A stretch of DNA of 64,000 nt from Minisyncoccota bacterium (GTDB lineage: Bacteria; Patescibacteriota; Minisyncoccia; Phycocordibacterales; SBAW01): assembly GCA_035549255.1 (NCBI GenBank), contig DASZRD010000007.1, forward strand, positions 1,104 to 65,103, in the 5' to 3' direction. Positions within the stretch are counted from its first letter, which is position 1; each line of letters begins with the position of its first letter. This document shows positions 47,926-59,529 of the stretch, one piece after another. A program made the translations under genes and the position numbers. Below the pieces are notes generated by a model. The model saw only the letters and a list, made by a program, of their open reading frames with translations. It was not told where the DNA came from and did not search any database.

Positions 47926-50900
47926 ATGATCGCGATCTGGAAATTTTTCCTCGAGAAGCGCAGGTTCACGCTGCTCCTTATCGCGGCACTCGTGCTATGG
48001 GGCAGCATCGCCGCCATAAAGATTACGAAGGAGTCCGCGCCCGAGGTCTCGATCCCGGTCGGTATCGTTACGACCGTGCTCCCGGGCGCCTCGGCGGCCG
48101 ATGTCGAGCGGCTTGTCACCGACAAGATGGAGGAGCATCTCGCCAACATCGAGAACCTCGATACCCTTACCTCGACATCGCGCGACGGTATCTCGTCGGT
48201 CGTGGTGCAATTCCTCGCCTCTGCGGACCTCGACAAATCTATTGCTACGCTTAAGGACGACGTCGACAAGGCCAAGCCCGATCTGCCCGCAGAGGCGCAA
48301 GACCCTATCGTAAGCGACGTGAACTTCGTCGACCAGCCGGTGCTTATCATCTCCGTTTCCGCTGATCAGCCGTTCGCGCAGCTCGCCGAGCTTGGCGACA
48401 CGGTCAAGGACGAACTCCAAACGGTCCCGGGCGTCTCGCGCGTCGATGTGTCCGGCGTGCGCAACCGCGAGATCGATATCGTCGTACGCAAGGCGGCTCT
48501 CGCGCAGTACGGACTCTCATTGCCGCAGATAACCTCCGCTATCGCGGCGGCGAACTCCTCGTTGCCCGTAGGGCAAATTACAGTCGATAACGTCAATTAC
48601 AACATCGCCTTCGAAGGCAGCTTCGACACTGTCTCCGATATCGGCTCTGTCGCGATCCTCAATGTCGGCGGTCAGGTCATTTATTTGCGCGACATCGCTG
48701 ATGTCTCCGACGGGGTGGAAGAGGCGACCAGCTACTCGCGCGTATCGGTCTCGGGCAAGCCCTCGGAGCAGGCTATGACGCTCCTTGTCTACAAAGTGCG
48801 CGGCCAGGACGTGACGACGGTCACGAAGGCCGTCCGCGCGAAGCTTGCCGACCTCCAGTCGACAACGCTGAGTGGCAGCCAAGTCGTCGTCTCGCTCGAT
48901 GCGGGCGACGAGGTAGAGACCGACCTCACCGAGCTCACGCGCACGGGGCTCGAGACCATGGCACTCGTCATGCTCGCGCTTTTCGCGACGATCGGCTGGC
49001 GCGAGGCGGTCGTCGCCGGGCTGTCGATACCGCTTTCGTTCCTTATTGCATTCATAGGGCTGCTCTACTCGGGCAACACGCTCAACTTCGTATCGCTTTT
49101 CTCCCTCATCCTCGCGATCGGCATCCTAGTCGACTCCGGGATCGTAGTCGTCGAGGCGATCCACACCCGTATCCGCAAATTCGGCAATAAAGAAGTCGCC
49201 GCGGTCGAGGCTGTGCGCGAGTACGGCTGGCCGCTCATGGGCGGCACTTTAGCGACAGTCTCCTTCTTCGTGCCGCTCTTCTTTATCTCCGGCATCGTCG
49301 GCAAGTTCATAGCCTCGATCCCCTTCACGCTCATCTTTGTGCTTGTCGCGAGCATCGTCGTCGCGCTCGGCCTCGTACCCACGCTTGCAATCCTCTTCTC
49401 GCACACCGAGCACGATACGCCATTCCTCAAATTACAGGAGGAATACGCCGAGAAGGCACGCGCATGGTATGCCGACAAGCTGCGCCGCTTCTTCGCGCAT
49501 CGTGCGTGGCAGAACCGCTTCCTGTGGGGCATGACCGCGGCATTTATTCTTGCGCTCATGCTGCCCATGTTGGGACTCCTCCAAACAACCTTCTTCCCGC
49601 AGGGCGACAGCGATTATCTTTACGCCGACATCGAGCTTCCGCCGGGCTCTTCTCTTGGCCAGAGCGACTTGGCAGCGCGCGAGGTCGAGGAGATCCTCTA
49701 CAACGACCCGAATATCGCCTCGTTCGTGACCGAGGTAGGCGCATCGAGCGAGTTCGGCAACAACCCGCAGAGTGATCCGCGCTTTGCGAACCTTACTATC
49801 AATCTTCCGAAAGACCGCAAGGAATCGAGTACCGATATACTGCAGAACATACGCAAAGAATTATCAGTCATAACGGATGCAAAAATCACCGCCGATGAGC
49901 CGAGCGGCGGCCCGCCGGTTGGCGCCGCGATCGACCTGAAGTTCATGGGCGATGATCAAGACTCGCTCGATCAGGCCGTGGCGATGGCACGAAGCGCACT
50001 TGAAGCAACGCCGGGCGCTACCAACATCGACGCGACCAACAAGAACGAGACGACCGAGTTTACGCTCACGATCGACCGCGCGAAGCTCGCCCAGGTCGGC
50101 CTCTCTCCAGCGATCGTCGCCTCGACGCTGCGCACAGCAGTCTCGGGCACTAAGGCGACCTCGATATCCGGGACCGATCAGGATGTCGATGTGAATGTGT
50201 ATCTCGACCTCAATCCTGATGCGACCGACCCGCACCAGAATACAAACACGACGCTCGATTCGCTCAACCAGATCCCGGTGCCGACGCCAAGCGGTGACAC
50301 CGTGCTTTTGGGCTCACTCCTTGAGGAAGGCATCACGCGCAATAATTCGGTGATCAATCACGAAGACCGCAAGAAGGTCGTCGAGCTTACCGCCGACACG
50401 CTCCCCGGTTACACGGCGGGCGGCGTCCTCGCGGCATACCAGCATACAATGGATGACGCTAAGCTCCCTGCAGGCGTTACGAGCGAGGTAGCCGGAGAAA
50501 ACGAGCAGACCAACGAGTCGTTTATCGAGATGGGTTACGCGCTTCTGGCTGGTGTGGCGCTCACCTTCTTCATTCTGGTGCTCGCGTTCAACTCATATCG
50601 TTTCGCGGGATACCTCCTCATGCTCGTACCGCTCTCGCTCATCGGCGTGTTCGGCGGATTGTTCCTCACCGCGCAGACGCTCTCGTTTTCCTCGCTGCTC
50701 GGCGTCATCGCACTCGCGGGCGTGATCATCAATCACGCGATCATCCTCATGGATTCGATCATTCAGCGCATCAAAGTTGGCAACGGCCGCGCGCTTACCG
50801 ACATTATTGTTGAGGCAGCCGTATCGCGACTGCGCCCTATTGTTCTCACGACCGTTACAACCGTAATTGGCATGATCCCGCTTACCTACGCCTCGGCGCT

Positions 50901-51039
50901 CTGGGGACCGCTCGCCTTCGCAATCCTCTTCGGCCTCTCATTCGCTATGATTTTGACGCTCGTGCTCATCCCGACCTTGGTCTACCGTTGGCCGGGCAGG
51001 CTGCCGGATGGCATCATCCGCGAGCCTGGCAAAAACTAA
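47926..51039 (+). CDS. RND transporter permease (AcrB/MdtB family)
   Basis: PGASAADVE, GILVDSGIVVVE, SRLRPIVLT; 1037 aa. Confidence 0.93.
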   Translation: MIAIWKFFLEKRRFTLLLIAALVLWGSIAAIKITKESAPEVSIPVGIVTTVLPGASAADVERLVTDKMEEHLANIENLDTLTSTSRDGISSVVVQFLASADLDKSIATLKDDVDKAKPDLPAEAQDPIVSDVNFVDQPVLIISVSADQPFAQLAELGDTVKDELQTVPGVSRVDVSGVRNREIDIVVRKAALAQYGLSLPQITSAIAAANSSLPVGQITVDNVNYNIAFEGSFDTVSDIGSVAILNVGGQVIYLRDIADVSDGVEEATSYSRVSVSGKPSEQAMTLLVYKVRGQDVTTVTKAVRAKLADLQSTTLSGSQVVVSLDAGDEVETDLTELTRTGLETMALVMLALFATIGWREAVVAGLSIPLSFLIAFIGLLYSGNTLNFVSLFSLILAIGILVDSGIVVVEAIHTRIRKFGNKEVAAVEAVREYGWPLMGGTLATVSFFVPLFFISGIVGKFIASIPFTLIFVLVASIVVALGLVPTLAILFSHTEHDTPFLKLQEEYAEKARAWYADKLRRFFAHRAWQNRFLWGMTAAFILALMLPMLGLLQTTFFPQGDSDYLYADIELPPGSSLGQSDLAAREVEEILYNDPNIASFVTEVGASSEFGNNPQSDPRFANLTINLPKDRKESSTDILQNIRKELSVITDAKITADEPSGGPPVGAAIDLKFMGDDQDSLDQAVAMARSALEATPGATNIDATNKNETTEFTLTIDRAKLAQVGLSPAIVASTLRTAVSGTKATSISGTDQDVDVNVYLDLNPDATDPHQNTNTTLDSLNQIPVPTPSGDTVLLGSLLEEGITRNNSVINHEDRKKVVELTADTLPGYTAGGVLAAYQHTMDDAKLPAGVTSEVAGENEQTNESFIEMGYALLAGVALTFFILVLAFNSYRFAGYLLMLVPLSLIGVFGGLFLTAQTLSFSSLLGVIALAGVIINHAIILMDSIIQRIKVGNGRALTDIIVEAAVSRLRPIVLTTVTTVIGMIPLTYASALWGPLAFAILFGLSFAMILTLVLIPTLVYRWPGRLPDGIIREPGKN

Positions 51040-51657
51040 TTACTCGGCAAACTCGCCCAGATGCGCGACTTTGCGGCGCCATTCGTTGCGCTTCCACTCG
51101 GGCGCGGTTTCGCTTGGGCCAAACAAACTTAATCGCACGCGGAAGCCGGCGAACCAGAGTATCGCCATCTTGATCTCGTTGGTATAGTCACCGAACAGAA
51201 GCCAGATCATCAGCGGATGCGTGCCGGAGAGTATGAACACGCGCGAGGTCTTGCCTTTGAGGCGCTTGCGCCAGCCGAGCGCGGGCGTGCCCTGCTTAGT
51301 TTTGCGCATATTAAAGGCAAATCCGGGGAGCCACATGCGGTCAAAGAGACCCTTGAGGAGGGCGGGCATCGTCCCCCACCAATTGGGATAGAAGAGCACG
51401 AAGTGGTCGCACCAAATAATCGATGCTTGTAATCTTTTCAGGTCGGGCTCGAGTTCTTGGATCGTCTTGTACCCCTTATGGAGGATCGGATCAAATTTCA
51501 TCTCGCCCAAGTGGAAGCGCTGCACCTCGTGGCCGGCCTTCTTGGCCGACTCCTCATAGAGGAGCGCCATGGTGCTCGACATCGTAGGCGCAGGGTCGGG
51601 ATGCGCCACGAGTATCGTGATCTTTTTTTTCTTCGAATGATCGTGGAAAAAGCTCAT
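51040..51657 (-). CDS. flavodoxin-like NAD(P)H-dependent oxidoreductase
   Basis: LVAHPD, YPNWWGTMPALLKGLFDR, PGFAF. Confidence 0.88.
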   Translation of the reverse strand: MSFFHDHSKKKKITILVAHPDPAPTMSSTMALLYEESAKKAGHEVQRFHLGEMKFDPILHKGYKTIQELEPDLKRLQASIIWCDHFVLFYPNWWGTMPALLKGLFDRMWLPGFAFNMRKTKQGTPALGWRKRLKGKTSRVFILSGTHPLMIWLLFGDYTNEIKMAILWFAGFRVRLSLFGPSETAPEWKRNEWRRKVAHLGEFAE

Positions 51658-51672
51658 GTGCGTTCGTGATTA

Positions 51673-52650
51673 TTATACGGCAGCGGCGCGCAGCTGCGAC
51701 TCCATGTCAGCCTGCGAACGCGGCATCACGCGGATCGCCGGCAAATTCGACGGCGGCGGGGCGCTCGGGTCAGCGGGCTTGCGCGGCACCATCGGCTCGT
51801 CGCGAGGCTTCTGCGGCGCCGGAGGCGCTATCTGCTCGGGCTTCTGGGGTATCGGCGGAGGTATGGGTTTGGAAGGGAGTGGTGGCACCGGCGCAGGAAT
51901 CTCGACCTTAGGCTGCGGAGGCGCGACTATCGGCTGAGGCTTTGGAAGTTCAACGACAACCACAGGCTTAGGTGCGGGCGGAGGCGGCATTTCACGCTTC
52001 ATCGCCGGAGCGGCAATCGGCTTGAGTGCCGGCGGCGGAGCTTTTTTGACGACAGGTAGGGGTTTATGCACCGCGAGAGGAGGCGCTGCTTTATGCTGCG
52101 GCTTGTGCTCAACGGGCGCGGCAGTGTGCTTGCGCGCACCTACGTGCGGGAGATGCAGCATATGCACGACCGCCACGAAAGATGCAATGAAGCCGATATT
52201 CCAAATGACATACAGGAATATGAGATCGCCCCATGTCGCGATGGGCGCAAGGATATGGAGCAGAAAAAGCGCATACCACTGCGAAGCAACGCTTCCCTCC
52301 CACCAATAGTTGGCGAATGGCCTCCCCCACTGGCCGAGCTCTGCGGCCGCGACGCCGCCGATCAGGAGCCACTTGAAGAGGAATGCGGGCTCGAGCACGA
52401 TGTCCGAGGCGCCCGAGAAAATATGCAGGAGCGTGATCGCAGCGCCCGAGGCGATCATGAGCCACAACCCCCAGCCGAGCACCTTGTGGACCGCACGGCC
52501 GAACTGCTCTTCCTTGGGCTCGATGACGCCGTCGCGGGCGGAGAGGAAGTAGACGATGAGGATGATCGTCTCGCCACCGACACCCATCATGACGCCCAGC
52601 TGCTGGACGCAATAGAGGATGAGGTTGACCACATCAACCGAAAAGGACAT
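51673..52650 (-). CDS. hypothetical multi-TM protein with Pro/Lys-rich C-tail
   Basis: ~5 TM helices then a long P-rich low-complexity region; TGcTAGAAT upstream. Confidence 0.7.
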   Translation of the reverse strand: MSFSVDVVNLILYCVQQLGVMMGVGGETIILIVYFLSARDGVIEPKEEQFGRAVHKVLGWGLWLMIASGAAITLLHIFSGASDIVLEPAFLFKWLLIGGVAAAELGQWGRPFANYWWEGSVASQWYALFLLHILAPIATWGDLIFLYVIWNIGFIASFVAVVHMLHLPHVGARKHTAAPVEHKPQHKAAPPLAVHKPLPVVKKAPPPALKPIAAPAMKREMPPPPAPKPVVVVELPKPQPIVAPPQPKVEIPAPVPPLPSKPIPPPIPQKPEQIAPPAPQKPRDEPMVPRKPADPSAPPPSNLPAIRVMPRSQADMESQLRAAAV

Positions 52651-52677
52651 GGCATAAATTCTAGCACGGGATTTTTG

Positions 52678-52750
52678 TGGACCGTACCGGGATCGAACCG
52701 GTTACCTCTTCCATGCCATGGAAGCGCTCTACCAAGTGAGCTAACGGCCC
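52678..52750 (-). tRNA. tRNA-Ala (GGC), CCA not encoded
   Basis: GGGCCGT acceptor with G3:U70, D-arm, CTTCC-ATGGCAT-GGAAG anticodon arm, GGTTCGATCCC T-arm. Confidence 0.96.
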
Positions 52751-52863
52751 GTGTGCGGACATTGTACACGACCCGTAAAAATTTGACAAAGAAAACTATT
52801 ATCGTTATACAGAATAGCGGCAAACCGCCATCTCCACCATTCAGATTTTTACGAGGAGACGTG

Positions 52864-53259
52864 ATGCTCTTTATACCGAATATGCACGGCGAAGCCGAGC
52901 TTGAACGCCGCGGGCTGCGCGGCATCTGCAGCCGCCTGCTGAAGCGCCTCGAGAAGGCAGCGAGTGGCATCCAGCTTGGGTCCGCCGACACGCTCTATGT
53001 CTCGATTGGTCCCAATTGCAGGGCCGACCGGAAGCTGCCGGACTTTGAGCCGCCGGCCTACATCAACTGCAAGCTGCTGAAGGACGGCCGCGTTGCCGTG
53101 GGGCCGGTGGGGTTCTACCTGTACAGTAAGGACGGCGTCGCCACGGCGCACTTCGACAGCAATGGCCACCCCAAGGTTTACGTCAATACCGTCGACGCCA
53201 CCCTGGACGAGGCAATTTCACACGTGTTCGAGCGATTCGAACGCCGCGCCGCAGCCTAA
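52864..53259 (+). CDS. hypothetical protein
   Basis: GAGGAG SD before GTG/ATG, TTGACA at 52783, downstream terminator. Confidence 0.6.
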   Translation: MLFIPNMHGEAELERRGLRGICSRLLKRLEKAASGIQLGSADTLYVSIGPNCRADRKLPDFEPPAYINCKLLKDGRVAVGPVGFYLYSKDGVATAHFDSNGHPKVYVNTVDATLDEAISHVFERFERRAAA

Positions 53260-53278
53260 CATACCAACTCGCCACGAG

Positions 53279-53311
53279 AAAACCCGCCGCGGGTTTGCGT
53301 GGCGGGTTTTT
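53279..53311. terminator. bidirectional intrinsic terminator (end of atp operon)
   Basis: AAAACCCGCCGCG-GGTTTG-CGTGGCGGGTTTT. Confidence 0.8.
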
Positions 53312-53326
53312 ATTTTCCAAAAAAAT

Positions 53327-53563
53327 TTAGAGGATGATGGTCACGCCTTCTTGGCGGACTTCAAGCACACCGCCCTCGATCGGGATCTCGCGCGGAGATC
53401 CCTCTTGCGTCTCCCGGAGCACAATAGTACCCGGCTTGAGCGTCGTGATGAGCGGCATATGCTCACCGAGGACCGTCATCTCGCCGTCCGCGGCGGGCAC
53501 GGTCATGGAGTGCGCCTCGCCGTCATAGAAGACCTCGTCGACTTTTGCGATTACGACATGCAT
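53327..53563 (-). CDS. atpC: ATP synthase epsilon, beta-sandwich domain only
   Basis: DGEMTVLGEHMPLITTLKPG, IEGGVLEV; 78 aa. Confidence 0.9.
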   Translation of the reverse strand: MHVVIAKVDEVFYDGEAHSMTVPAADGEMTVLGEHMPLITTLKPGTIVLRETQEGSPREIPIEGGVLEVRQEGVTIIL

Positions 53564-53655
53564 TACTTTCTTTTTATAACGAAGAGTATGAGCAAGACTA
53601 TGCCGATAGTGACCAAAACTGCGACCGAAGCTCCAATGGTGAGATGATCCGTCAT
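53563..53655 (-). CDS. 30-aa single-TM microprotein between atpD and atpC (absent from ORF track)
   Basis: MTDHLTIGASVAVLVTIGIVLLILFVIKRK*; starts 1 nt after the atpD stop, TAATG-coupled to atpC. Confidence 0.65.
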   Translation of the reverse strand: MTDHLTIGASVAVLVTIGIVLLILFVIKRK

Positions 53656-53656
53656 A

Positions 53657-55036
<1,380 letters not shown>

Positions 55037-55046
55037 TTACGTTAAG

Positions 55047-55964
55047 TTACGCTGCCATGGCCTCCATGCCACCGGTAATTTCTGACACCTCGCGTGTGAT
55101 CGCCGCCTGGCGCGCCTTGTTGAACTTGAGCGTGAGGCTCCCGCGCATCTCCCCCGCCTTGTCGCTCGCCGATTTCATCGCAACCATGCGCGCGGAATGT
55201 TCCGATGCCTGCGTCTCAAGCAGCGCATGGTAGACAAAAATGCTAGCCAAGCGCGGTAAGATGACACTGAACACCTCTGCCTCGCCGGGCTCGACGGTGT
55301 AGACCATATGCTCGGCGCTGGTGTCGGACTGCGCCGCGTAGACACCACGCACCGGCAAGATATCGTTCACGACAAGCTTTAGCTCCTCAAGCGAGAGCGG
55401 GAAGATCGTATGGAGGGTCGCGCGCTGCTCGAAGGTCGAGACGAAGTTCTGATAGCCGATTTTTACGATATCGACTTCGCCATCCATGAAGCGCTCTGCA
55501 GCGGCGTCGAGCATCTCGCGCATGACCGCAGAGTCGACTTGGTCAGTGTTGGCATAAAACTTACTCATGCTGTAGCCGCGCGTCGCGAAGAAGTCGTTCG
55601 CCTTGCGGCCGACCGCGATTACTTCGACCTGATCGGGCGAGAGATTCATGCTCTTGATATCGGCGGCGGCTGCGCGCAAGACGCCAGAGTTAAGTGCTCC
55701 GGCAAGGCCCTTGTCGGAGGTGATAATAATATAGAGTGCTCGAGTGATAGTGCGCGGTTGCGATAATGCATGGCTCATAAGCTCACGCGACGAAGAGGTG
55801 CGGGCAAGCACGGCGGTGGCCGCGCGAGCATACGCGCGGCCCGCGAGCGCCTTCTGCTGCGCTTTGCGCATCTTGGCAGCTGAGACAGCCTCCATAGCCT
55901 TGGTGACCTTCTGGGTCTTCTCGACGCTCTTGATCTTGGATTTTATTGCCTTAAGCCCTGCCAT
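55047..55964 (-). CDS. atpG: ATP synthase gamma
   Basis: KVTKAMEAVSAAK, SDKGLAG, SEHSARMVAM, RQAAITRE. Confidence 0.97.
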   Translation of the reverse strand: MAGLKAIKSKIKSVEKTQKVTKAMEAVSAAKMRKAQQKALAGRAYARAATAVLARTSSSRELMSHALSQPRTITRALYIIITSDKGLAGALNSGVLRAAAADIKSMNLSPDQVEVIAVGRKANDFFATRGYSMSKFYANTDQVDSAVMREMLDAAAERFMDGEVDIVKIGYQNFVSTFEQRATLHTIFPLSLEELKLVVNDILPVRGVYAAQSDTSAEHMVYTVEPGEAEVFSVILPRLASIFVYHALLETQASEHSARMVAMKSASDKAGEMRGSLTLKFNKARQAAITREVSEITGGMEAMAA

Positions 55965-55966
55965 AT

Positions 55967-57532
55967 CTATTTATTACTGAAGAGGTCGGGATGCGCCTCG
56001 CGGAATTTAGCGAGCTGCGTCTTGAGCTCTTCTTCGGTCTGAGACGCGAGATCGCGCGCTCGCGCGATGCTCTCGAGCACCTCGGGGCGCTCCGCCTGAA
56101 GAAAAGCAATGAACTTCTCTTCGAACTCGGGCACACGATCCACAGCCACATCCTTAAGGTAGCCGTTGACTGCCGCGTAGATCGAGACGGTCTGGAGCTC
56201 GAAGCCTAAGGGGTTACCATTGCGTTGTTTGAGGACTGCCATCATGCGCTGGCCCGAGTCGATGCGGCGCTTAGTATCAGCATCAAGATCTTGCGAGAAT
56301 TGCATGAATGCTTCGAGTTCGCGGAATTGTGCGAGCTCAAGCTTGATCTTGCCGGAGACCTTCTTCATCGCCTTGGTCTGCGCGGCCGAACCTACACGCG
56401 AAACCGAGATGCCGGCGTTGATAGCCGGGCGGATGCCCTTGTTGAAGAGGTCGCTCTCAAGGAAGATCTGGCCATCGGTAATGGAGATCACGTTGGTCGG
56501 AATGTAGCCGGAGACGTCGTTCTCTTGTGTCTCGATGACTGGCAAAGCGGTCAGCGAGCCGCCTCCCTTTTCTTTGGAAAGTTTCGCCGCACGCTCAAGC
56601 AAGCGCGAATGGAGGTAGAAGACATCGCCCGGATATGCCTCGCGACCCGGCGGGCGGCGCAAGAGGAGTGAGAGCTGGCGATATGCAACGGCGTGCTTGG
56701 AGAGGTCGTCGTAGATCACGAGGGCGTCGCGGCCGTTGTCGAGGAAGTACTCGCCGACCGCGGCGCCTGCAAAGGGTGCCAAGTACTGAAGTGCTGCCGG
56801 AGAAGATGCGCCGGCGTCAACGACAATCGTGTACTCCATGGCGCCCGCCTCTTTGAGCTGCTGCACGATGCGCGCGGTCTTGCTCTCCTTCTGGCCGATC
56901 GAAACGTAGATGCAGATCGGGCGCGACTCCGTGGGCTCGGACTTCTGGTTGAGGATAGTGTCGATCGCAATCGTGGTCTTGCCGGTGTAGCGGTCGCCGA
57001 TAATGAGCTCGCGCTGGCCGCGGCCGATCGGGATCATCGAGTCGATCGCTTTGATGCCGGTATGGAGCGGCTGATTGACCGATTGGCGGTCCATGACGCC
57101 GTATGCCTCGCGCTCGATAGGATTGCGCTTGGCGGTCTTTAAAGCACCCTGGCCGTCGAGCGCTTCGCCGAGCGGTGAGACGACGCGGCCAATGAGTTCA
57201 TCACCTACCGGTATAGAAAGTACTTGGCCGGTCGACTCGACGCGCATGCCCTCGCGCACGGCGCCGGTGTCGCCCAAAATGATCGCGCGCACGGACTCCT
57301 CCTCGAGGTTAAGGATGACGCCGTACACGTTGTGCGAAGTTTCTATCGCGTCTTTGAGATCCTTGCCGTGGGCAGTATCAAATTTGACCATCTCCGACAT
57401 GACCGCGCCCGCGAGACCCTCGATCTCGGCGACGCCGTCAGACACGCGCAGCACGGTGCCCGCGGCGCGGGACTCTTTGGCCGGCACGAAGCCCTCGATT
57501 TCTTTTTTAAATTGTTCGATGAAATGTTCCAT
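55967..57532 (-). CDS. atpA: ATP synthase alpha
   Basis: [40 protein letters not shown]. Confidence 0.98.
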   Translation of the reverse strand: MEHFIEQFKKEIEGFVPAKESRAAGTVLRVSDGVAEIEGLAGAVMSEMVKFDTAHGKDLKDAIETSHNVYGVILNLEEESVRAIILGDTGAVREGMRVESTGQVLSIPVGDELIGRVVSPLGEALDGQGALKTAKRNPIEREAYGVMDRQSVNQPLHTGIKAIDSMIPIGRGQRELIIGDRYTGKTTIAIDTILNQKSEPTESRPICIYVSIGQKESKTARIVQQLKEAGAMEYTIVVDAGASSPAALQYLAPFAGAAVGEYFLDNGRDALVIYDDLSKHAVAYRQLSLLLRRPPGREAYPGDVFYLHSRLLERAAKLSKEKGGGSLTALPVIETQENDVSGYIPTNVISITDGQIFLESDLFNKGIRPAINAGISVSRVGSAAQTKAMKKVSGKIKLELAQFRELEAFMQFSQDLDADTKRRIDSGQRMMAVLKQRNGNPLGFELQTVSIYAAVNGYLKDVAVDRVPEFEEKFIAFLQAERPEVLESIARARDLASQTEEELKTQLAKFREAHPDLFSNK

Positions 57533-57533
57533 A

Positions 57534-57785
57534 CTAGTTGCTTCCTACAAGTGTCCGATAGAGCTGCAGTAACATCCTGGTCTGCTCGCGCTCGGGAGTG
57601 ATTTGCTTATGCATCTCCATGCGCTCTTGCTTGGTCTCTAATTTTTCGTACTCGGCGAGGATGCGTGGGAGCAATTTTTCATGGCCGCGCCGAGCGAGAG
57701 CCTCGCGCAAGTTGGCGATTGCCTTTTTAGGGTCCCCTATGTCGGCCCGCGTGAGAGCCTGCGCATACATCGTCTCTAATGTCAT
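57534..57785 (-). CDS. short divergent protein in the atpH position (delta-like)
   Basis: Between atpF and atpA; YAQAL start and [14 protein letters not shown] resemble the delta N-domain; no C-domain. Confidence 0.55.
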   Translation of the reverse strand: MTLETMYAQALTRADIGDPKKAIANLREALARRGHEKLLPRILAEYEKLETKQERMEMHKQITPEREQTRMLLQLYRTLVGSN

Positions 57786-58231
57786 GTGCGCTTTTCCTTA
57801 AGCATCTTCTCAACGCCCAGCACGATCATCTTCGCGACCTCTTCCTTACTCTCGGTAATCGCCTGGGATTTGAGCTCCTTCGCCTGGCGTTCGCCTTCTT
57901 CAAGGATGCGCGCGGCAGCAGCCTCGCCGCCCGAGATAAGCTCGCGCTCCTTCGAGGTGCCTGCGGCGCGCGCCGCGGCGATGACCTGATCGGCTTCGCG
58001 GCCCGCGTCGGCGAGCTTCGACGCGCGGGCCGCCTCTATGGTATGCAGCTCTTCCTCGGCCTTCTGCGCGTCCTTCACTCCTTGCGCGACTTTGCTCCGC
58101 CGCTCCTCGAGCATGCGGCCGAGCGGCTTGTAGAGGAAATACCACAACCCGAGGATCAGGATGCCGAAGTTGACGGCGCTCACGAGGAGCAAGTGCCAGT
58201 CGACGCCGAAGGTTGTGAAGATTGCCGACAT
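57782..58231 (-). CDS. atpF: ATP synthase subunit b
   Basis: VNFGILILGLWYFLYKPLGRMLEERR followed by coiled coil. Confidence 0.93.
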   Translation of the reverse strand: MSAIFTTFGVDWHLLLVSAVNFGILILGLWYFLYKPLGRMLEERRSKVAQGVKDAQKAEEELHTIEAARASKLADAGREADQVIAAARAAGTSKERELISGGEAAAARILEEGERQAKELKSQAITESKEEVAKMIVLGVEKMLKEKRT

Positions 58232-58244
58232 ACGTTATCTAGAG

Positions 58245-58307
58245 ACAAAATTTTTCGAAAAAATAGTCTGGGAAGCTCCCCGAGGACTTTTTTTCGGGAA
58301 ATTTTGT
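58245..58307. repeat. long inverted repeat between atpE and atpF
   Basis: ACAAAATTTTTCGAAAAAATAGTC...GACTTTTTTTCGGGAAATTTTGT. Confidence 0.75.
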
Positions 58308-58360
58308 TGGAAGTACATTTACGTGAATTTCTTTTTAATTGAATCAAATCTACCTAAAAC

Positions 58361-58600
<240 letters not shown>

Positions 58601-58616
58601 TTACTAATTACTTATA

Positions 58617-59396
58617 TTAATGGCTCGTTGCGTGCGACCCATGCGCCTGCGCGCTGCCGTGCGGCTCATCGATCGCCAGCTTGATATACGCGAGCGTCAA
58701 AATCGCGAATATCGCCGCCTGCAAGAGCCCGATGAAGAGCTCGAACGCCATGAACGGCACGGGCGCAAAATAGGGCGCGAAGAATCCGATGACCAGAAGA
58801 AGCGTCTCGCCCGCAAAGACCGTCCCGAAGAGACGGAATGAAAGCGAGACAAGACGCGCAAGATTGCCGATAATCTCGAGCAGCCCGACGATAAAGCCTA
58901 TCGCGCCTCCACTGAAATTAACAAATTTCGAGCCATATTTCAAGATGCCGAGCGTGAGTATTCCAGAAATCTCGACCACGAAAAACGAGATGATCGCGAG
59001 CGTGAGCGTCGTATTAAGGTCGGAAGTCAGCACATGTAAGAGGGGCACGCGCGCATCCCCCCCGCCGACGGTGAGCGTGCCGAAGACCGGCAATATCTCC
59101 ATGAGATTCGCGGCCAATACGAAGAGGAAGATCGTTGCGATGAGCGGGAAATAACGCCGCACCAGTTTGTCGCTGCCGAGGGTGCCGTGCATATAGCCGT
59201 AGACGTACTCGTACGCCATCTCGACGGCGCTCTGCACCTTGCCGGGTATGAGCGTAAGATTGCGGCCGATGAAGAACGCCGCGATAAGGAGCGCCGCCAT
59301 CACGAGCCACATCGTGACGATCGTGTTGGTGATAGGCATCCCCCACACGCTAAATAAGCGCTCGGACGCGAGCGTAATATGCAGTCCTGACTCCAT
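58617..59396 (-). CDS. atpB: ATP synthase subunit a
   Basis: PGKVQSAVE, TSDLNTT, SLSFRLFG, ELFIGLLQAAIF. Confidence 0.95.
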   Translation of the reverse strand: MESGLHITLASERLFSVWGMPITNTIVTMWLVMAALLIAAFFIGRNLTLIPGKVQSAVEMAYEYVYGYMHGTLGSDKLVRRYFPLIATIFLFVLAANLMEILPVFGTLTVGGGDARVPLLHVLTSDLNTTLTLAIISFFVVEISGILTLGILKYGSKFVNFSGGAIGFIVGLLEIIGNLARLVSLSFRLFGTVFAGETLLLVIGFFAPYFAPVPFMAFELFIGLLQAAIFAILTLAYIKLAIDEPHGSAQAHGSHATSH

Positions 59397-59477
59397 AAAT
59401 ACGTATACATACTAGCACGGGAGCGCGGCTTTTGAAAATTAATTTCGATACAAAAGAAGCCAACCGGTCAATAGGGC

Positions 59478-59512
59478 ACAACAAAACCTCCCATCAGGGG
59501 AGGTTTTGTTGT
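59478..59512. terminator. hairpin/terminator after the surface protein gene
   Basis: Perfect 15-bp inverted repeat ACAACAAAACCTCCC-ATCAG-GGGAGGTTTTGTTGT. Confidence 0.75.
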
Positions 59513-59529
59513 TTCCGTTTATTATTTTA

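Noticed and set aside
52678-53320. Integrative element at tRNA-Ala
   Set aside because: No integrase and no duplicated tRNA 3' end; the orphan gene lies on the 5' side of the tRNA.
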